DNA of 64,000 nucleotides from Myxococcota bacterium (GTDB lineage Bacteria; Myxococcota_A; UBA796; SXON01): NCBI GenBank assembly GCA_040386535.1, contig JAZKFH010000017.1, positions 1 to 64,000 of the forward strand, read 5' to 3'. Shown piece by piece: positions 28,812 to 40,361 of this stretch (position 1 is its first letter; each line of letters starts with the position of its first letter). The notes under the pieces were generated by a model. It saw only the letters and a program-made list of their open reading frames with translations, ran no database searches and was not told where the DNA came from. The position numbers and the translations under genes were made by a program.

Positions 28812-30389
28812 TCAGGGCGTCTCTCCATACACGTCCGCGAACCGCGAACGGATGGGCTGCCCCCGGGCGAGGTCGCGGGCGTGGGCCTTGCCGCAGGCGA
28901 CCTCGGGCGGGCGTGTCTGCTTGCCCGCGAGGATGTCACGCCACTCCTCGTCGACGTGCGTCACGGCGTGCCACGACGCGGCGGGGGAGAGGCCGCTCGG
29001 GACCGCGCCGGTGAGGAGCAGCGCGAGGGAGAGCGCGCCCAGGCTCGCGGCGGCGAGGTTCCAGGCGCGTTCGCGGGAGGTTTGTGGGGTGAGCGAAGGC
29101 GCGGCCCCCGACCGCCACCGAACCAACACCGCCCATGCCACGCCGAACAGGACCGGCGCGAACAGGAGCGAGGGGGCCAGGCGGCGCAGGTCCGCATCCT
29201 CGCGAGCGGCGGCGGCGAGGGTGTAGACGAAGGGCGGGAGGGTCAGGATCAATGCCGCAAGCCGGGCCACGGTGCGGCGACGCACGGCGTGGATGCCCAG
29301 GCCGAAGATCGCCACGACCCCGGCGCCGGCCGACAGAAATAGCAGCGGGGCCACCTGGTGGCTGCGCGCCCAACCAATCTCGCGGATCTGGAGCGCGCTC
29401 TCGGGGATGAGCGCACGCATCGTGCGCAGGCATTGGATCGTACGGGCCACGTTCCGCGGATCGCCGGTGCCCCACCGGAGCCCTTCGGACGGATGATAGC
29501 CGCACAAATCCGGGTGTCCCACGCGCTGTGCCAGGCCGGTCTGGGTGCCGCCTCGACGCTCCACGTCCGTCACGTAGGAGGCCATCTGCACCTCGAGGGT
29601 GCTCCCCATGTCCGCAGGCCACACCACCGCTCCCGCTCTCCAGCTCGCCGCGAGCAGCGCCGCCACCAACGCCACGCGACCCAGCGCACGCGCCCACCGG
29701 AGCGCGCCCGCGGGGGCCCACAACGCCGCGCCCGTCACCACCGCGAGCATGGGGAGCATCCAGGGGACCGCCTTGAGATCCACCAGCGGCGCGAGCGCCA
29801 CGAGCGCGCCCGCCGCCGCCACCCAACCCAGGCGCCGGGTGCGCACGGCCATCGCGGTCGCGCCGGCCATGGTCGCGAGCGTTGCGCAAAGTTCGGGGTA
29901 GAACGTGACGGTGCGCGAGAGCAGCACCAGCGGCGCGATGGCGAGCAGGGCCGCGGCGCTGGCCACGGCGGCGGTGCGGCCGGCCACGGCGAGGCCCCAG
30001 ACGTACAGGCCGATCCCGACGACCGCGGTGGAGATCAGGGCGCCGGCGGCGAGGGCGTCGCGCGTACCGAGGGCGTCGGCGAGCGGGCCGAGCGCGCGGC
30101 CCACGAGCCAGGAGCGATGCGGACCGTCGACCGCGCGAGCCCCGGTGCGCGCGGCGTCGACCACCTCACAATATTGGGAGAAGTCCGATTGGAGGAACAC
30201 GGATCCCGAAAGGTAGAATCGCGCGAACCACGCGGCGGCGGCGACCGCGACCCCCACGGACAGCCCGATCGCCACGGCGCCATCCCGCCAGGACGCGCGC
30301 GGACCGGGGCGCCCCCCCACCCGGAGCGCGCCCGCGAGGAGCGGCAAGACGACGAGGGGGAGCCACTCCGAGACGAGCACGGCGGACAC
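28812..30389 (-). CDS. Polytopic membrane protein, possibly GT-C (PMT/ArnT-like) glycosyltransferase
   Basis: Many TM helices; acidic SDF in the first loop; YPE motif. Confidence 0.55.
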   Translation of the reverse strand: MSAVLVSEWLPLVVLPLLAGALRVGGRPGPRASWRDGAVAIGLSVGVAVAAAAWFARFYLSGSVFLQSDFSQYCEVVDAARTGARAVDGPHRSWLVGRALGPLADALGTRDALAAGALISTAVVGIGLYVWGLAVAGRTAAVASAAALLAIAPLVLLSRTVTFYPELCATLATMAGATAMAVRTRRLGWVAAAGALVALAPLVDLKAVPWMLPMLAVVTGAALWAPAGALRWARALGRVALVAALLAASWRAGAVVWPADMGSTLEVQMASYVTDVERRGGTQTGLAQRVGHPDLCGYHPSEGLRWGTGDPRNVARTIQCLRTMRALIPESALQIREIGWARSHQVAPLLFLSAGAGVVAIFGLGIHAVRRRTVARLAALILTLPPFVYTLAAAAREDADLRRLAPSLLFAPVLFGVAWAVLVRWRSGAAPSLTPQTSRERAWNLAAASLGALSLALLLTGAVPSGLSPAASWHAVTHVDEEWRDILAGKQTRPPEVACGKAHARDLARGQPIRSRFADVYGETP

Positions 30390-30443
30390 TACTTCGGCGG
30401 TTGGTGACCCGCGCGGGATTCTCGCGCACGGTCACGTGCGGGT

Positions 30444-32657
30444 TCACCGGGGCATTCCGTGACATCGGACGTTCACCCGTGGCTCCTGGTCCGCGGCCTC
30501 GATCCAACCGACACAGACCCGCCCGTCGAGAAAACCAATCGCGGGCCCGGTCGAGGGCGCCGGGCTGTCCGTGACGCCCCGCGGGCCGTCCGAGCCGCCG
30601 AGGCCGATCCAGCCGGCCTCGGTGAGCTGGTAGAGGCGGATCTCGCCGCCCACCTCCGCCGCGAGCCACGTGCCGCCGTCGGGGCCGCGCGCGAGCACCG
30701 CCGCCTCGGCCGCCTCGGTCGGGAGGCCCACGCCACGCGCCTCCCACGCAGCGCCGTCCCACTCGGTGACACGCAGGGGCCCGCCGGAGCCCTGGTACTC
30801 CTCGTCGAGCCCCACCGCGAGAAGGCGCCCCCCGCCGAGGCCGATGGCGGTCATGAAGGTCCCCGCGTCGGGCGGCGGGGCGATGCGTGTCCACGCGCCG
30901 GCATCGCGGACGAGCACGCGGTCGTCGAACCACGCGGAGACCGGGTCGCCGCCGCACAGGGACGGGTTGTGCCACGATCTCGCGTCGGTGGTGACCTCGG
31001 TCGACCAACGGCCCGCTGCGTAGTGTTGGATCTCCCACGGCGGGTCGGGCGGGCGGGCCCCGAGTCGGATTCCCACCTGGGGCGGTGTCAGCGCGGCCAG
31101 CACGGTGCCGTCGGGCAGCTCGAGCAGGGCGCCCGGCAGGCAGGCGGGCTGGCCCTCTCCGCCACACCCCGGCGGGCTGGCCGTGGGGACGGGCATTGGG
31201 AGGTCCTCGCGTGTCGCGCCCGCCCACTGAAAGAAGGCGGGCGCAGGCACCTCGCCCATCAGCCCGTGCACGCGGTCCCAGGTGCCCGCGAACCGCAGCA
31301 GCACGTGTGTTCGGCCTGTGTCCTGGCCCCACAACCAGGCGGCCCCGGGCAGCGCGAGGGTCTCCACCGCGGTCCACGCGCCGCCCGTCCACCGGGCGCG
31401 GCGGAGGCGCTCCCCGGACTCGGTGAGCTCGCGCCAACGCAATTCGTCGCCGACGAACTGCACGTGCGACGCGCCGAGGGTGGGGTCGGAGAGGTCACCC
31501 GCGGGGTCGGAGGCCAGGCTCTCGGGAGAGCCGCCGACGCCCCACCACTGCTCACCGTTCCACTGGAGCACCGATACGGGCCCGGTGCCGAGCACGAGGG
31601 TTGGCTGTGGTGTCGGGAGGAGGCGGAGATGCTCGATCCGGGGCAACAACGGGGTGACCAGCGGAGCGGGGGAGAGCTTCTCCCAGGCGCCGTCGTGGCC
31701 CTGCCACGTTTCCACGCGGTTGAACTCGGTGAAGTAGTGCGTGCCGACCAGGTGATCGTAGCCCTCGACCAACGTTGGTCGGCCCGTCGGGGACGCCGCG
31801 GCGGCGGCGTCGAATTCGCCCGATCGCGCCGCGAGCCAGCGCCATCCGCCGGGCGCGTGGACCAGCAAGGGGTCGCCGCGCCGCGCCGTTTCGCCCTCCG
31901 CGTCGTGCGCGCGCACGTCGGCAGGAGGGTCGGAGACCCGGTCCGGTCCGCTCCAGGCGACGTGATCGTCCGGCCCGAGAAACGCCCAAGCGAGCCGCCC
32001 CGCGACCGACGGGGTCACGACGGCGCGCCTGCTCGGGACCGGGTGGGCGATCCAGGCCGCGGCGCCCGACGTCCGGAGCTCGTAGACGACATCGTCGGCC
32101 TGCGGGGTCGGGGCGTACGCGTAGAGCCGCACGTCCGAGCGTCCGTCCGCGACCACCCCGAACGGCCAGGTCTCCGTCGGGAGCGCGGGTACGTCGTGTG
32201 CCTCCCAGCGCCCCTGCGCGAGCCGCGCCCATCCCACGCGGTCGCCCCGCCCGTCTCGCCGCCACGCCCAGGCGACCACGGGCTGATCGCGCGGGTCCGT
32301 CGTGAGCGCGAGCTGGATGGAGCCCCCCTCGTCGGGAGGCGCGAAGCCCAGGTCCGGGAGGGCCTCCCAGTGCTCACCGGCGAGGCGGCGCACGCGGATG
32401 ATCGGGGCGCCGTCGTGCTTCTCGACGGTCGCGACCACCACGCGCCCCGCCGCGTCGAGCGCCGCGTCGAACGCCACCCACGGGCCGCCCACCGCCGCGT
32501 CCCGCCACGACCAGATCCGCGGCGCACCCCAGGGGTGGAGCTCGCTGCGGCCGAGGGGCGCCCAGCGGTCGAGCGGGGCCGGGACCGTCAGCGCCGGCTG
32601 CTGCGCGGCGGAGCATGCGGCGAGCGCGAGGAGGAGGACGGGCCGGGCGGGGGACAT
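30444..32657 (-). CDS. Large putative lipoprotein, Trp-rich beta-propeller-like
   Basis: LLLALAAC lipobox; repeated WxGxxW strands. Confidence 0.7.
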   Translation of the reverse strand: MSPARPVLLLALAACSAAQQPALTVPAPLDRWAPLGRSELHPWGAPRIWSWRDAAVGGPWVAFDAALDAAGRVVVATVEKHDGAPIIRVRRLAGEHWEALPDLGFAPPDEGGSIQLALTTDPRDQPVVAWAWRRDGRGDRVGWARLAQGRWEAHDVPALPTETWPFGVVADGRSDVRLYAYAPTPQADDVVYELRTSGAAAWIAHPVPSRRAVVTPSVAGRLAWAFLGPDDHVAWSGPDRVSDPPADVRAHDAEGETARRGDPLLVHAPGGWRWLAARSGEFDAAAAASPTGRPTLVEGYDHLVGTHYFTEFNRVETWQGHDGAWEKLSPAPLVTPLLPRIEHLRLLPTPQPTLVLGTGPVSVLQWNGEQWWGVGGSPESLASDPAGDLSDPTLGASHVQFVGDELRWRELTESGERLRRARWTGGAWTAVETLALPGAAWLWGQDTGRTHVLLRFAGTWDRVHGLMGEVPAPAFFQWAGATREDLPMPVPTASPPGCGGEGQPACLPGALLELPDGTVLAALTPPQVGIRLGARPPDPPWEIQHYAAGRWSTEVTTDARSWHNPSLCGGDPVSAWFDDRVLVRDAGAWTRIAPPPDAGTFMTAIGLGGGRLLAVGLDEEYQGSGGPLRVTEWDGAAWEARGVGLPTEAAEAAVLARGPDGGTWLAAEVGGEIRLYQLTEAGWIGLGGSDGPRGVTDSPAPSTGPAIGFLDGRVCVGWIEAADQEPRVNVRCHGMPR

Positions 32658-32778
32658 CCGTGCCAGTATCGTCTCCGGAGGGCCGCCGTCCGTTCGGCTC
32701 CACCGAACAATCACATTCGGATCATCCAGCTTCTACGCGCCGCGGGGAGGTGTGACAGTGGTGACACTTGGAGAGTCC

Positions 32779-33237
32779 ATGCGCACCTCACCCGCGTTCC
32801 TTGCCATCTGGTTGTCCGCTTGTGTCGCCACCGAAGAGGTAGCCGACACCGGCACCGAGAGCGACACCGCCGCTGACACCGACGACACCGACGTTGATAC
32901 GGACGACACGGACACCGAGGAGAGCCCCTCCTACCTCACGGATGTGTACCGTCCCTTCCTCGAGGAGAGCTGCGGCGGCTGTCACGTCGAGGCCGGCTAC
33001 ATCCACCCGCCCATCACGGACGACCCGAGCCATCTCATCGGCACGGCCTCGGTCGATGGCATGGTCTACGTGTCACCGGGCTCGTTGGAGGACAGCTTCC
33101 TCTGGTACAAGATCACCAATCGCCAGGCCGAGGTGTCCGAGGGCGGGACGCGCATGCCGCCGCCGCCGGAGGACGCGCTCTCGGCGCGGGCCGTCGCGGC
33201 GATCGAGGCGTGGATCCTGGGCGGGGCGGCGCCGTGA
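32779..33237 (+). CDS. Monoheme c-type cytochrome lipoprotein with DT linker
   Basis: RBS GGAG; lipobox LSAC; CGGCH; PGSLEDSFL, RMPP, IEAWILGGA. Confidence 0.85.
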   Translation: MRTSPAFLAIWLSACVATEEVADTGTESDTAADTDDTDVDTDDTDTEESPSYLTDVYRPFLEESCGGCHVEAGYIHPPITDDPSHLIGTASVDGMVYVSPGSLEDSFLWYKITNRQAEVSEGGTRMPPPPEDALSARAVAAIEAWILGGAAP

Positions 33238-33244
33238 CGTCCTC

Positions 33245-33557
33245 GGGCGGCCCGGCGGCGGACCGCCGTCGGCCCCCTCCGAGCTCGCGCGTTCGCGCTC
33301 GGCTGGCGCCTCCCCCCGCCTGACGGCGGGCGGAATCGCCGAGCCGGGCGGCCGGGCCGCCCGCTCTCCGGGCGCCTGCCGCGGCGCTTCAGGATTCCCC
33401 GCGCCAGGGGCGCGGAGGGCAGCCGCCCCCGGCGGCTGGTCCGGGCGGGCGGGCGGGATCTCCCAACTCCTCCCCGATGCCACGCCGACCGACCGACCAA
33501 GCGGCCCCCGGCCGCGCGCCCGGAGCCGACCCGCCCGCGTCCGCGCGGGGGCGCCCC
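33245..33557 (+). repeat. ~310-bp structured dispersed repeat (family A), uninterrupted copy
   Basis: Fills a convergent intergenic gap; matches 10805-11584 on the minus strand; multiple hairpins. Confidence 0.8.
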
Positions 33558-33568
33558 GTGGAAGGCCC

Positions 33569-34327
<759 letters not shown>

Positions 34328-34529
34328 GACGCCCCTGGGTGGGGACCACTGTGTCGTTGTTGTCGCGGCCATGCAAACGCCACGGCCGCGCCACGACTGG
34401 ACGGGCGCGCGCTCCATGCTCCCACGATGCAGTGATTCACGGCGTCTTCGGCACGGACACGACGCGACGCGGCCCTCCCCGCCGAGATGATCTGTTACGA
34501 GATGACCCAGGGTGACACCGGCACGGCCA

Positions 34530-34717
34530 CTACCGCACCACCACCACCAACACCGCCCACGCCACGGCTGCCACCGCGAACCCGGCGTGCAGCGCGCTGT
34601 CGAGCACGCGCGCCCGGCGCTTGGCCACCTCCACGCCGAGGCGCGCGCGGATCCGCGCGGCGGTGTCGGCCTCCAACGGGACGGGGCGCAGGGCCTCCGT
34701 GATCCAACGGTCGTCGT

Positions 34718-34721
<4 letters not shown>
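34530..34721 (-). CDS. Small single-TM protein, probable anti-sigma factor
   Basis: 63 aa; ATGA-coupled to the ECF sigma; C-terminal TM. Confidence 0.6.
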
Positions 34722-35281
<560 letters not shown>

Positions 35282-35288
35282 GCACCCG

Positions 35289-35392
35289 GTCAACGCGGGA
35301 GCCGCCCGCGCGTGACGCTTAGGGTCGCACAATTTTCATCCCCGAACTTTCGGCGCGCCGTTGCGTCACGCGGGCCCGGCCGCCGCGTTGAC
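35289..35392. promoter_or_regulatory. Two mirrored ECF-type promoters GTCAC-N16-CGTTGAC
   Basis: Minus 35289-35318 toward the sigma gene and plus 35363-35392 toward the 35410 gene; identical cores and spacing. Confidence 0.7.
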
Positions 35393-35409
35393 ACGGGTGG
35401 AGGTGTTGG

Positions 35410-35760
35410 ATGCAGTTCTTCGAGATGGGCGGCTTCCCGATGTTCGTGATCCTGGTGTTCGGCCTGCTCGGGGCTGCCAACGCCGCGCGCTACGCCTGGG
35501 CGCCCGGCCCGGGGCGGCTCCCGTACCTCGGCGCGCTCGCCGGGGTCATCGCCGTCGCGGGCGGCACCGGCTTCGCGGTCGACCTGATGACCGTCTGCAC
35601 CAAGGTGCCCGCCAACCCCGAGTGGGCCCAGAGCCCCGACGTTGGGCTGATCCTCGTACAGGGATTCGGCGAGTCCCTGGCGCCGGTGGTGTTCGCCGGC
35701 GGCTTCCTGCTCGCGCACGGGCTGCTCGTGGCGCTGGGGTTGCGGCGCGCGGAGGGGTGA
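35410..35760 (+). CDS. Small 3-TM membrane protein with a MotA/ExbB-like N-terminus
   Basis: RBS GGAGG; FFEMGGFPM; hydrophobic segments. Confidence 0.75.
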   Translation: MQFFEMGGFPMFVILVFGLLGAANAARYAWAPGPGRLPYLGALAGVIAVAGGTGFAVDLMTVCTKVPANPEWAQSPDVGLILVQGFGESLAPVVFAGGFLLAHGLLVALGLRRAEG

Positions 35761-35782
35761 GCGGCCCAGTGCAGCTCGACCA

Positions 35783-36687
35783 TCAGTACCCCCGCCCCGC
35801 CTCGTATTGGTTCTCCAACGCCCGCCCCTCGAGCCAACGTGCCACGTTCGCGGCGAGCAACGGCGCGAAGCGCTCGTAGTAGCGCGGGGTCACGCCGGAC
35901 ACGTGGGGGGTGACGATGACGTTGTCCAACTGCCACAACGCGTCGGTCGGCGGCAGCGGCTCCGGGTCGAACACGTCCAGGCCGGCGCCCGCGATGGCGC
36001 CGAGGCGGAGCGCCTCGACGAGGGCGGCATGGGCCACGAGCCCGCCACGGCCGACGTTGTAGAGGTACGCCGAGGGCTTCATGCGCGCGAGTCTCGCCGC
36101 GTCGAAGAGGTGGTGGGTCGCAGGCGTGAGCGGGAGCGCGAGGCACACGTGGTCGGCGCGCCCAAGCGCCTCGTCGAGCGTGTCGAGCGTGACGACGCGA
36201 TCCGCCCCGGGAGGCGGATCCCCGGCGGTCCGCCGCACCCCGACGACCTCCATCTCGAAGGCCTTGGCGCGGCGTGCCAGGGCCTTCCCGATCTGCCCGA
36301 GCCCGACGATCAGCAGCGAAGCCCCGGCGAGCTCGGCGAACACGGCGTCGTCGCGGTCGTGCACGCCGCGTCGGGCCCGTGCACGCCGCTCGCGCTGGTG
36401 ACGGCGATGCCCTGCGCGAGCACGGTTGGCGTCGCGACGTCTTCGAGGCCCGCGGCGACCGACGCGAGCCAGCGCAGCGCGGGCGCCGCCTCCACCTCCG
36501 CGTCACTCAACCGCGGCGCGACCACGATCTGGGCGGCGGCGAGACGCGCGGGGGCATCGGGATCGTCCGCGAAAGAGAGGGCGAGCCGATCGGCGAAGGG
36601 CTGGAGCGCGTTCGCGATGACGATGCCCGCGCGGGAGGTCCGCGCGAAGGTGAGGTGCAGCGGGACGACGGAAGGGGGTGCGCGCAT
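35783..36687 (-). pseudogene. D-2-hydroxyacid dehydrogenase with an internal deletion/frameshift
   Basis: N-half (LRWLASVAAG...VTSASGVHGP) and C-half (GLGQIG, NVGRG, LDVFDPEPL, TPHVSG) are in different frames, junction ~36365-36380; the usual AE-helix is missing. Confidence 0.75.
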
Positions 36688-36741
36688 CCGCCCCAGTAGC
36701 GCCGACCCCACCCCGACGAGTAGAATCCGCGCGGGGGGAAG

Positions 36742-38571
36742 ATGGAACCTGACACTTCGAAGGGTCGCGACGAGACCGGCGGCTCCGCGCTCGACCTGCT
36801 CGCGCGGGTGTTGCAGGTGCTCCAGCGGCACGAGCCCGCCCTCCGCGGCTGGACCTTCACGCCGGTGGCCGACGGGCAGCTCGTGTCCCTCGCGTTCGAC
36901 GACGGCGCCCTGACGATGCACGTGGCGCCGCCACGCGGAGGCGCCTGCTACGCCCGGACGCCGAGCTTGCAGCTGAGCATCCGCTCCGAAGGCATCCCGG
37001 CAGCCCACGAGCGGCTCCTGACCACGCTCGTCGCGCTCCTGAACCGGCGCGACTCCGGCGGGCTGCACGTCCCCACCGCGCCTGGCGTCGTCCCCGCGGG
37101 CCCGTTGGTCGAGCTCCCCCCGCCGCCCGACGCGGGGCGCGCGGCCCTCACCCGGGCGCGCCTGAAGGACGAGCTCCACTTCGCCAGCTTCGTGGCGTGG
37201 AAGGCGGTCACCACCGAGGACCTGTACCCGCACGTCGGCCCGCTGGGCGAGATCATCCCGACCGAGGACATCCTGGCGGGCTGGGCGCGAACCCTCGCGC
37301 GGATCCGCGCGGGCTCGGCGCCGCCGCAGCTCGGGCTCTACGTGCACGTGCCGTTCTGCACGGTGGCGTGCACGTTCTGTTTCTGCGGGAAGACCGACAA
37401 GTTCGATCGCGGGGGGTTCGACGCGTACGTCGAGCGGTTGTGCGAGGAGGCCGCGCTCTTCGGGCCCACGTTCGCGGGCGCGCGCTTCACGAGCGTGTAC
37501 TTCGGGGGCGGGACGCCCAGCCTGTTGTCACCGCCGGCGATGCGCAAGGTGTTCGACGCGTTGTGGCGCTGGTTCGACGTGCCGGCCGGCACACAGGTCA
37601 TCTACGAGGGCAACCCCGACAGCCTCTCCGACCGCAAGATCGAGGAGCTCGCGACGACCGGCCGCGTGACCCGCCTGACGATCGGCGTGCAGACCCTCGA
37701 CGACGCCGTGCAGGCGCGGGTCAAGCGCTTCAACAAGCCGCACCAGGTGCGCGACGCCGTCGCGAGCGCGCGCCGCTGGGGCATCGAGCACGTCAACCTC
37801 GACCTGATGGCGGGCCTGCCGGACCAGACCCTCGCGTCGTTCCTGGCCGACCTCGAGTTCCTCGTCTCGCTCGAGCCCGACACCATCCACGTCAACGCGT
37901 ACCGGCCGCTGCCGCGCGTCGGGCTGGCCACCCAGGGCGACGACTTCACCCCGGAGCGCATCGCCCTGCGCGACGAGATGGTGCGCCGCGCCACGGACGT
38001 GCTCGAGCGCGCCGGGCACTCGTTCATCGCCGGCGGCAAGCGGCGCCGGACCGCCAACGCGGCAAACGTCCAGGAGTTCGACCTCCGCCGCCAGAACTCC
38101 AGCCTGCTCGGGCTCGGCTTCCCGGCGCGGGCGCACGCGTTCGGCGGCTTCTACTACGCCCCCGACCGGCGAGAGGGCCTCGACGGCGCGCTCAAACGCG
38201 AGCGCGAACACGGACGGCGCTGGTGGGGCGTCCCCGCGGACGACGCGGAGGAGCGCCACAAGTACCTCGTGAGCAACCTGCGCGCGGGGTGGGACCGCGC
38301 CGAGTTCCAGCGGCTCTTCGGGATGGACTGCCTGGAGGCGGCGCCCGAGGCGCTCCAGAAGCTCCAGGACCTCGACGTGCTCTCGGTCGGCCCCGACCGC
38401 GTGACGAGCCGCACCGGCAAACACTCCGACAACACGATGTACGCGGTGCTGCTCTACAGCCCGGCGTTCATGGCGCGGGTCCGTGCGGGGTGGGGGGCGG
38501 AGTACGACCCGGGGATCGACTACGGGGCCCGCTTGCGAACGTTGGTGGAGGACCCGGGTAATCCGCTGTAA
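36742..38571 (+). CDS. HemN/HemW-like radical SAM protein with an N-terminal extension
   Basis: LYVHVPFCTVACTFC, YFGGGTPS, TIGVQT, DLMAGLP. Confidence 0.88.
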   Translation: MEPDTSKGRDETGGSALDLLARVLQVLQRHEPALRGWTFTPVADGQLVSLAFDDGALTMHVAPPRGGACYARTPSLQLSIRSEGIPAAHERLLTTLVALLNRRDSGGLHVPTAPGVVPAGPLVELPPPPDAGRAALTRARLKDELHFASFVAWKAVTTEDLYPHVGPLGEIIPTEDILAGWARTLARIRAGSAPPQLGLYVHVPFCTVACTFCFCGKTDKFDRGGFDAYVERLCEEAALFGPTFAGARFTSVYFGGGTPSLLSPPAMRKVFDALWRWFDVPAGTQVIYEGNPDSLSDRKIEELATTGRVTRLTIGVQTLDDAVQARVKRFNKPHQVRDAVASARRWGIEHVNLDLMAGLPDQTLASFLADLEFLVSLEPDTIHVNAYRPLPRVGLATQGDDFTPERIALRDEMVRRATDVLERAGHSFIAGGKRRRTANAANVQEFDLRRQNSSLLGLGFPARAHAFGGFYYAPDRREGLDGALKREREHGRRWWGVPADDAEERHKYLVSNLRAGWDRAEFQRLFGMDCLEAAPEALQKLQDLDVLSVGPDRVTSRTGKHSDNTMYAVLLYSPAFMARVRAGWGAEYDPGIDYGARLRTLVEDPGNPL

Positions 38572-38633
38572 CGTCGTGTTGCCGATTGCCCTCCGTGCCA
38601 TTGTTACAGGCGCTCGCTCAACCCGGGCCCTTC

Positions 38634-40304
38634 ATGTCTCTGGCAACCCTCGACCTCACCTTCGTCAACGACACCGGCAGCACGTTCACGCTGAGCTCCT
38701 CCAGCGGCTGCAACCCGGGCGGCGCGCTCCCCACGCTCGCCGCCCACTCGACCAGCGTGACGACGCGGTGGACCGGCACCACCCAGGTGAAGGGCAGCGT
38801 CGTGTACGCCGCCGGCGGCCAGACGTGGGCGTTCGACTTCTACGTGCCTAGCGTGCTCCAGCCCGGTGACGACGACACGTACGGTTTCAGCTCGTCGAAC
38901 GGCACCTACGTCGCCGTGATCTCCGGAAATCCACGCAGCGGCACCAGCGCCGCGATCACGGTGCTGGTCCAGACCGCGGCACAGGCGGTGGTGACGCTCG
39001 CCGCGGACCTGTCGAACGCCCACGCGTTCGTGCAGAGCATGTTCGCGAGCAACCTGCGCGGCGCGTCGAACATCTTCGACTACGCGAGCCCGACCAACCC
39101 GACCTACCCGGTACAGACCGGGCAGGCGCTTCCCTACTGCGTGGGCTTCGCCAACCAGGCATCGATCGACCAGATCGTGAGCTTCTGGCTCTCCTTGTGG
39201 ACCGGCACCGCCGCGCCCACGGGCCCCGGTTTCGCGCTGTCGACCGACCAGGCGATGATGCGGACGCTCGCCGCCTACATCCAGACGCGCCTGCCCAACT
39301 TGTGGATTCCGAAGCTCCAATTCAAGGGGTGGGCGGGCGCGGCGAACGCTTCCATGCCGGTCTACGTGGTGGCCGGGTACCAACTCTACACGTTGGTGAA
39401 CACGGACGGCTCCTGGAACACCGCCAACGTCTCCGTGCTCCTCTCCTACCTCGTGTACGGCGCCCACATCGTCGCCAACCTCGACCCGCATCTGACCGGC
39501 ACGGCCGCGGTGACCCCCGACCTGTACGATGACGTTTACAGCGCCACTGCGCTCGCCGGGCTCCTCGAGAGCGGCGTGTGGGACTCCCACTACAGCAGCG
39601 TGGGCGGCCAGGACAGCGGGATGTCGTACCCCGCAACGATCACGTGCGACACGGTCCCGAACCCCTCCCCGCTCCTCTGTTCGCTGCTGTTCGGGCCCAC
39701 CGTCCAACCCGTCATGTTCCTGTCTCCGTACGACACCGGCACCGACCGGTGCGTGTTCCTCCAGCTCGAAGGCTGGCGCCAATTCGGCACCGCCAGCTCC
39801 GGGTGGCACAACGCCGACTACGCCGCGTACAACGACACCCGCTGGAACTTCTCCACCTTCGGCACCTGCGCGTTCAGCGAGAAGCGCGGCACCGCGCTGT
39901 TCCTCGCCCCGGCGGGGTGGACCCCGGCCACGCAGTCCGGCACCATCATGCCGCCCTTCGTGGGCGCGCAGACCCAGCAGGGCTGGCTCGCCTGGAACCT
40001 CGTCACGGTGCCGCAGGCCAACCAGAAACAATTCGCGTCGATCACGTGGGTCGCCGGCACGAGCCAGAGCCCGCACTTCCAAGCCGACTTCGTGCCGGTC
40101 AACGCCATCTCCGTCTGGTTGCCGACCGGGGTCACCTGCTCCCTCTGGCACGTGAACGGGGGCGCCGGCAAGGACAACTACCTGGGCGACCTCACCAACG
40201 GCACCATCCTCGCGGCGAACACGCTGCAGAAGGGGAACTACAACTACTACGTCACCTCGACCAACGCGACGTCGTTCCTGGTGCAGTTCACGTACGTGAT
40301 CTAG
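38634..40304 (+). CDS. Hypothetical multidomain protein (556 aa), Ser/Thr/Asn/Tyr-rich
   Basis: Long clean ORF; no signal peptide; beta-rich N- and C-terminal regions. Confidence 0.8.
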   Translation: MSLATLDLTFVNDTGSTFTLSSSSGCNPGGALPTLAAHSTSVTTRWTGTTQVKGSVVYAAGGQTWAFDFYVPSVLQPGDDDTYGFSSSNGTYVAVISGNPRSGTSAAITVLVQTAAQAVVTLAADLSNAHAFVQSMFASNLRGASNIFDYASPTNPTYPVQTGQALPYCVGFANQASIDQIVSFWLSLWTGTAAPTGPGFALSTDQAMMRTLAAYIQTRLPNLWIPKLQFKGWAGAANASMPVYVVAGYQLYTLVNTDGSWNTANVSVLLSYLVYGAHIVANLDPHLTGTAAVTPDLYDDVYSATALAGLLESGVWDSHYSSVGGQDSGMSYPATITCDTVPNPSPLLCSLLFGPTVQPVMFLSPYDTGTDRCVFLQLEGWRQFGTASSGWHNADYAAYNDTRWNFSTFGTCAFSEKRGTALFLAPAGWTPATQSGTIMPPFVGAQTQQGWLAWNLVTVPQANQKQFASITWVAGTSQSPHFQADFVPVNAISVWLPTGVTCSLWHVNGGAGKDNYLGDLTNGTILAANTLQKGNYNYYVTSTNATSFLVQFTYVI

Positions 40305-40361
40305 GGCGGCGCCGCGCCCCACGCGGGGGCGACTACCTTGGTAGAACGCCAGGAAACGAAC

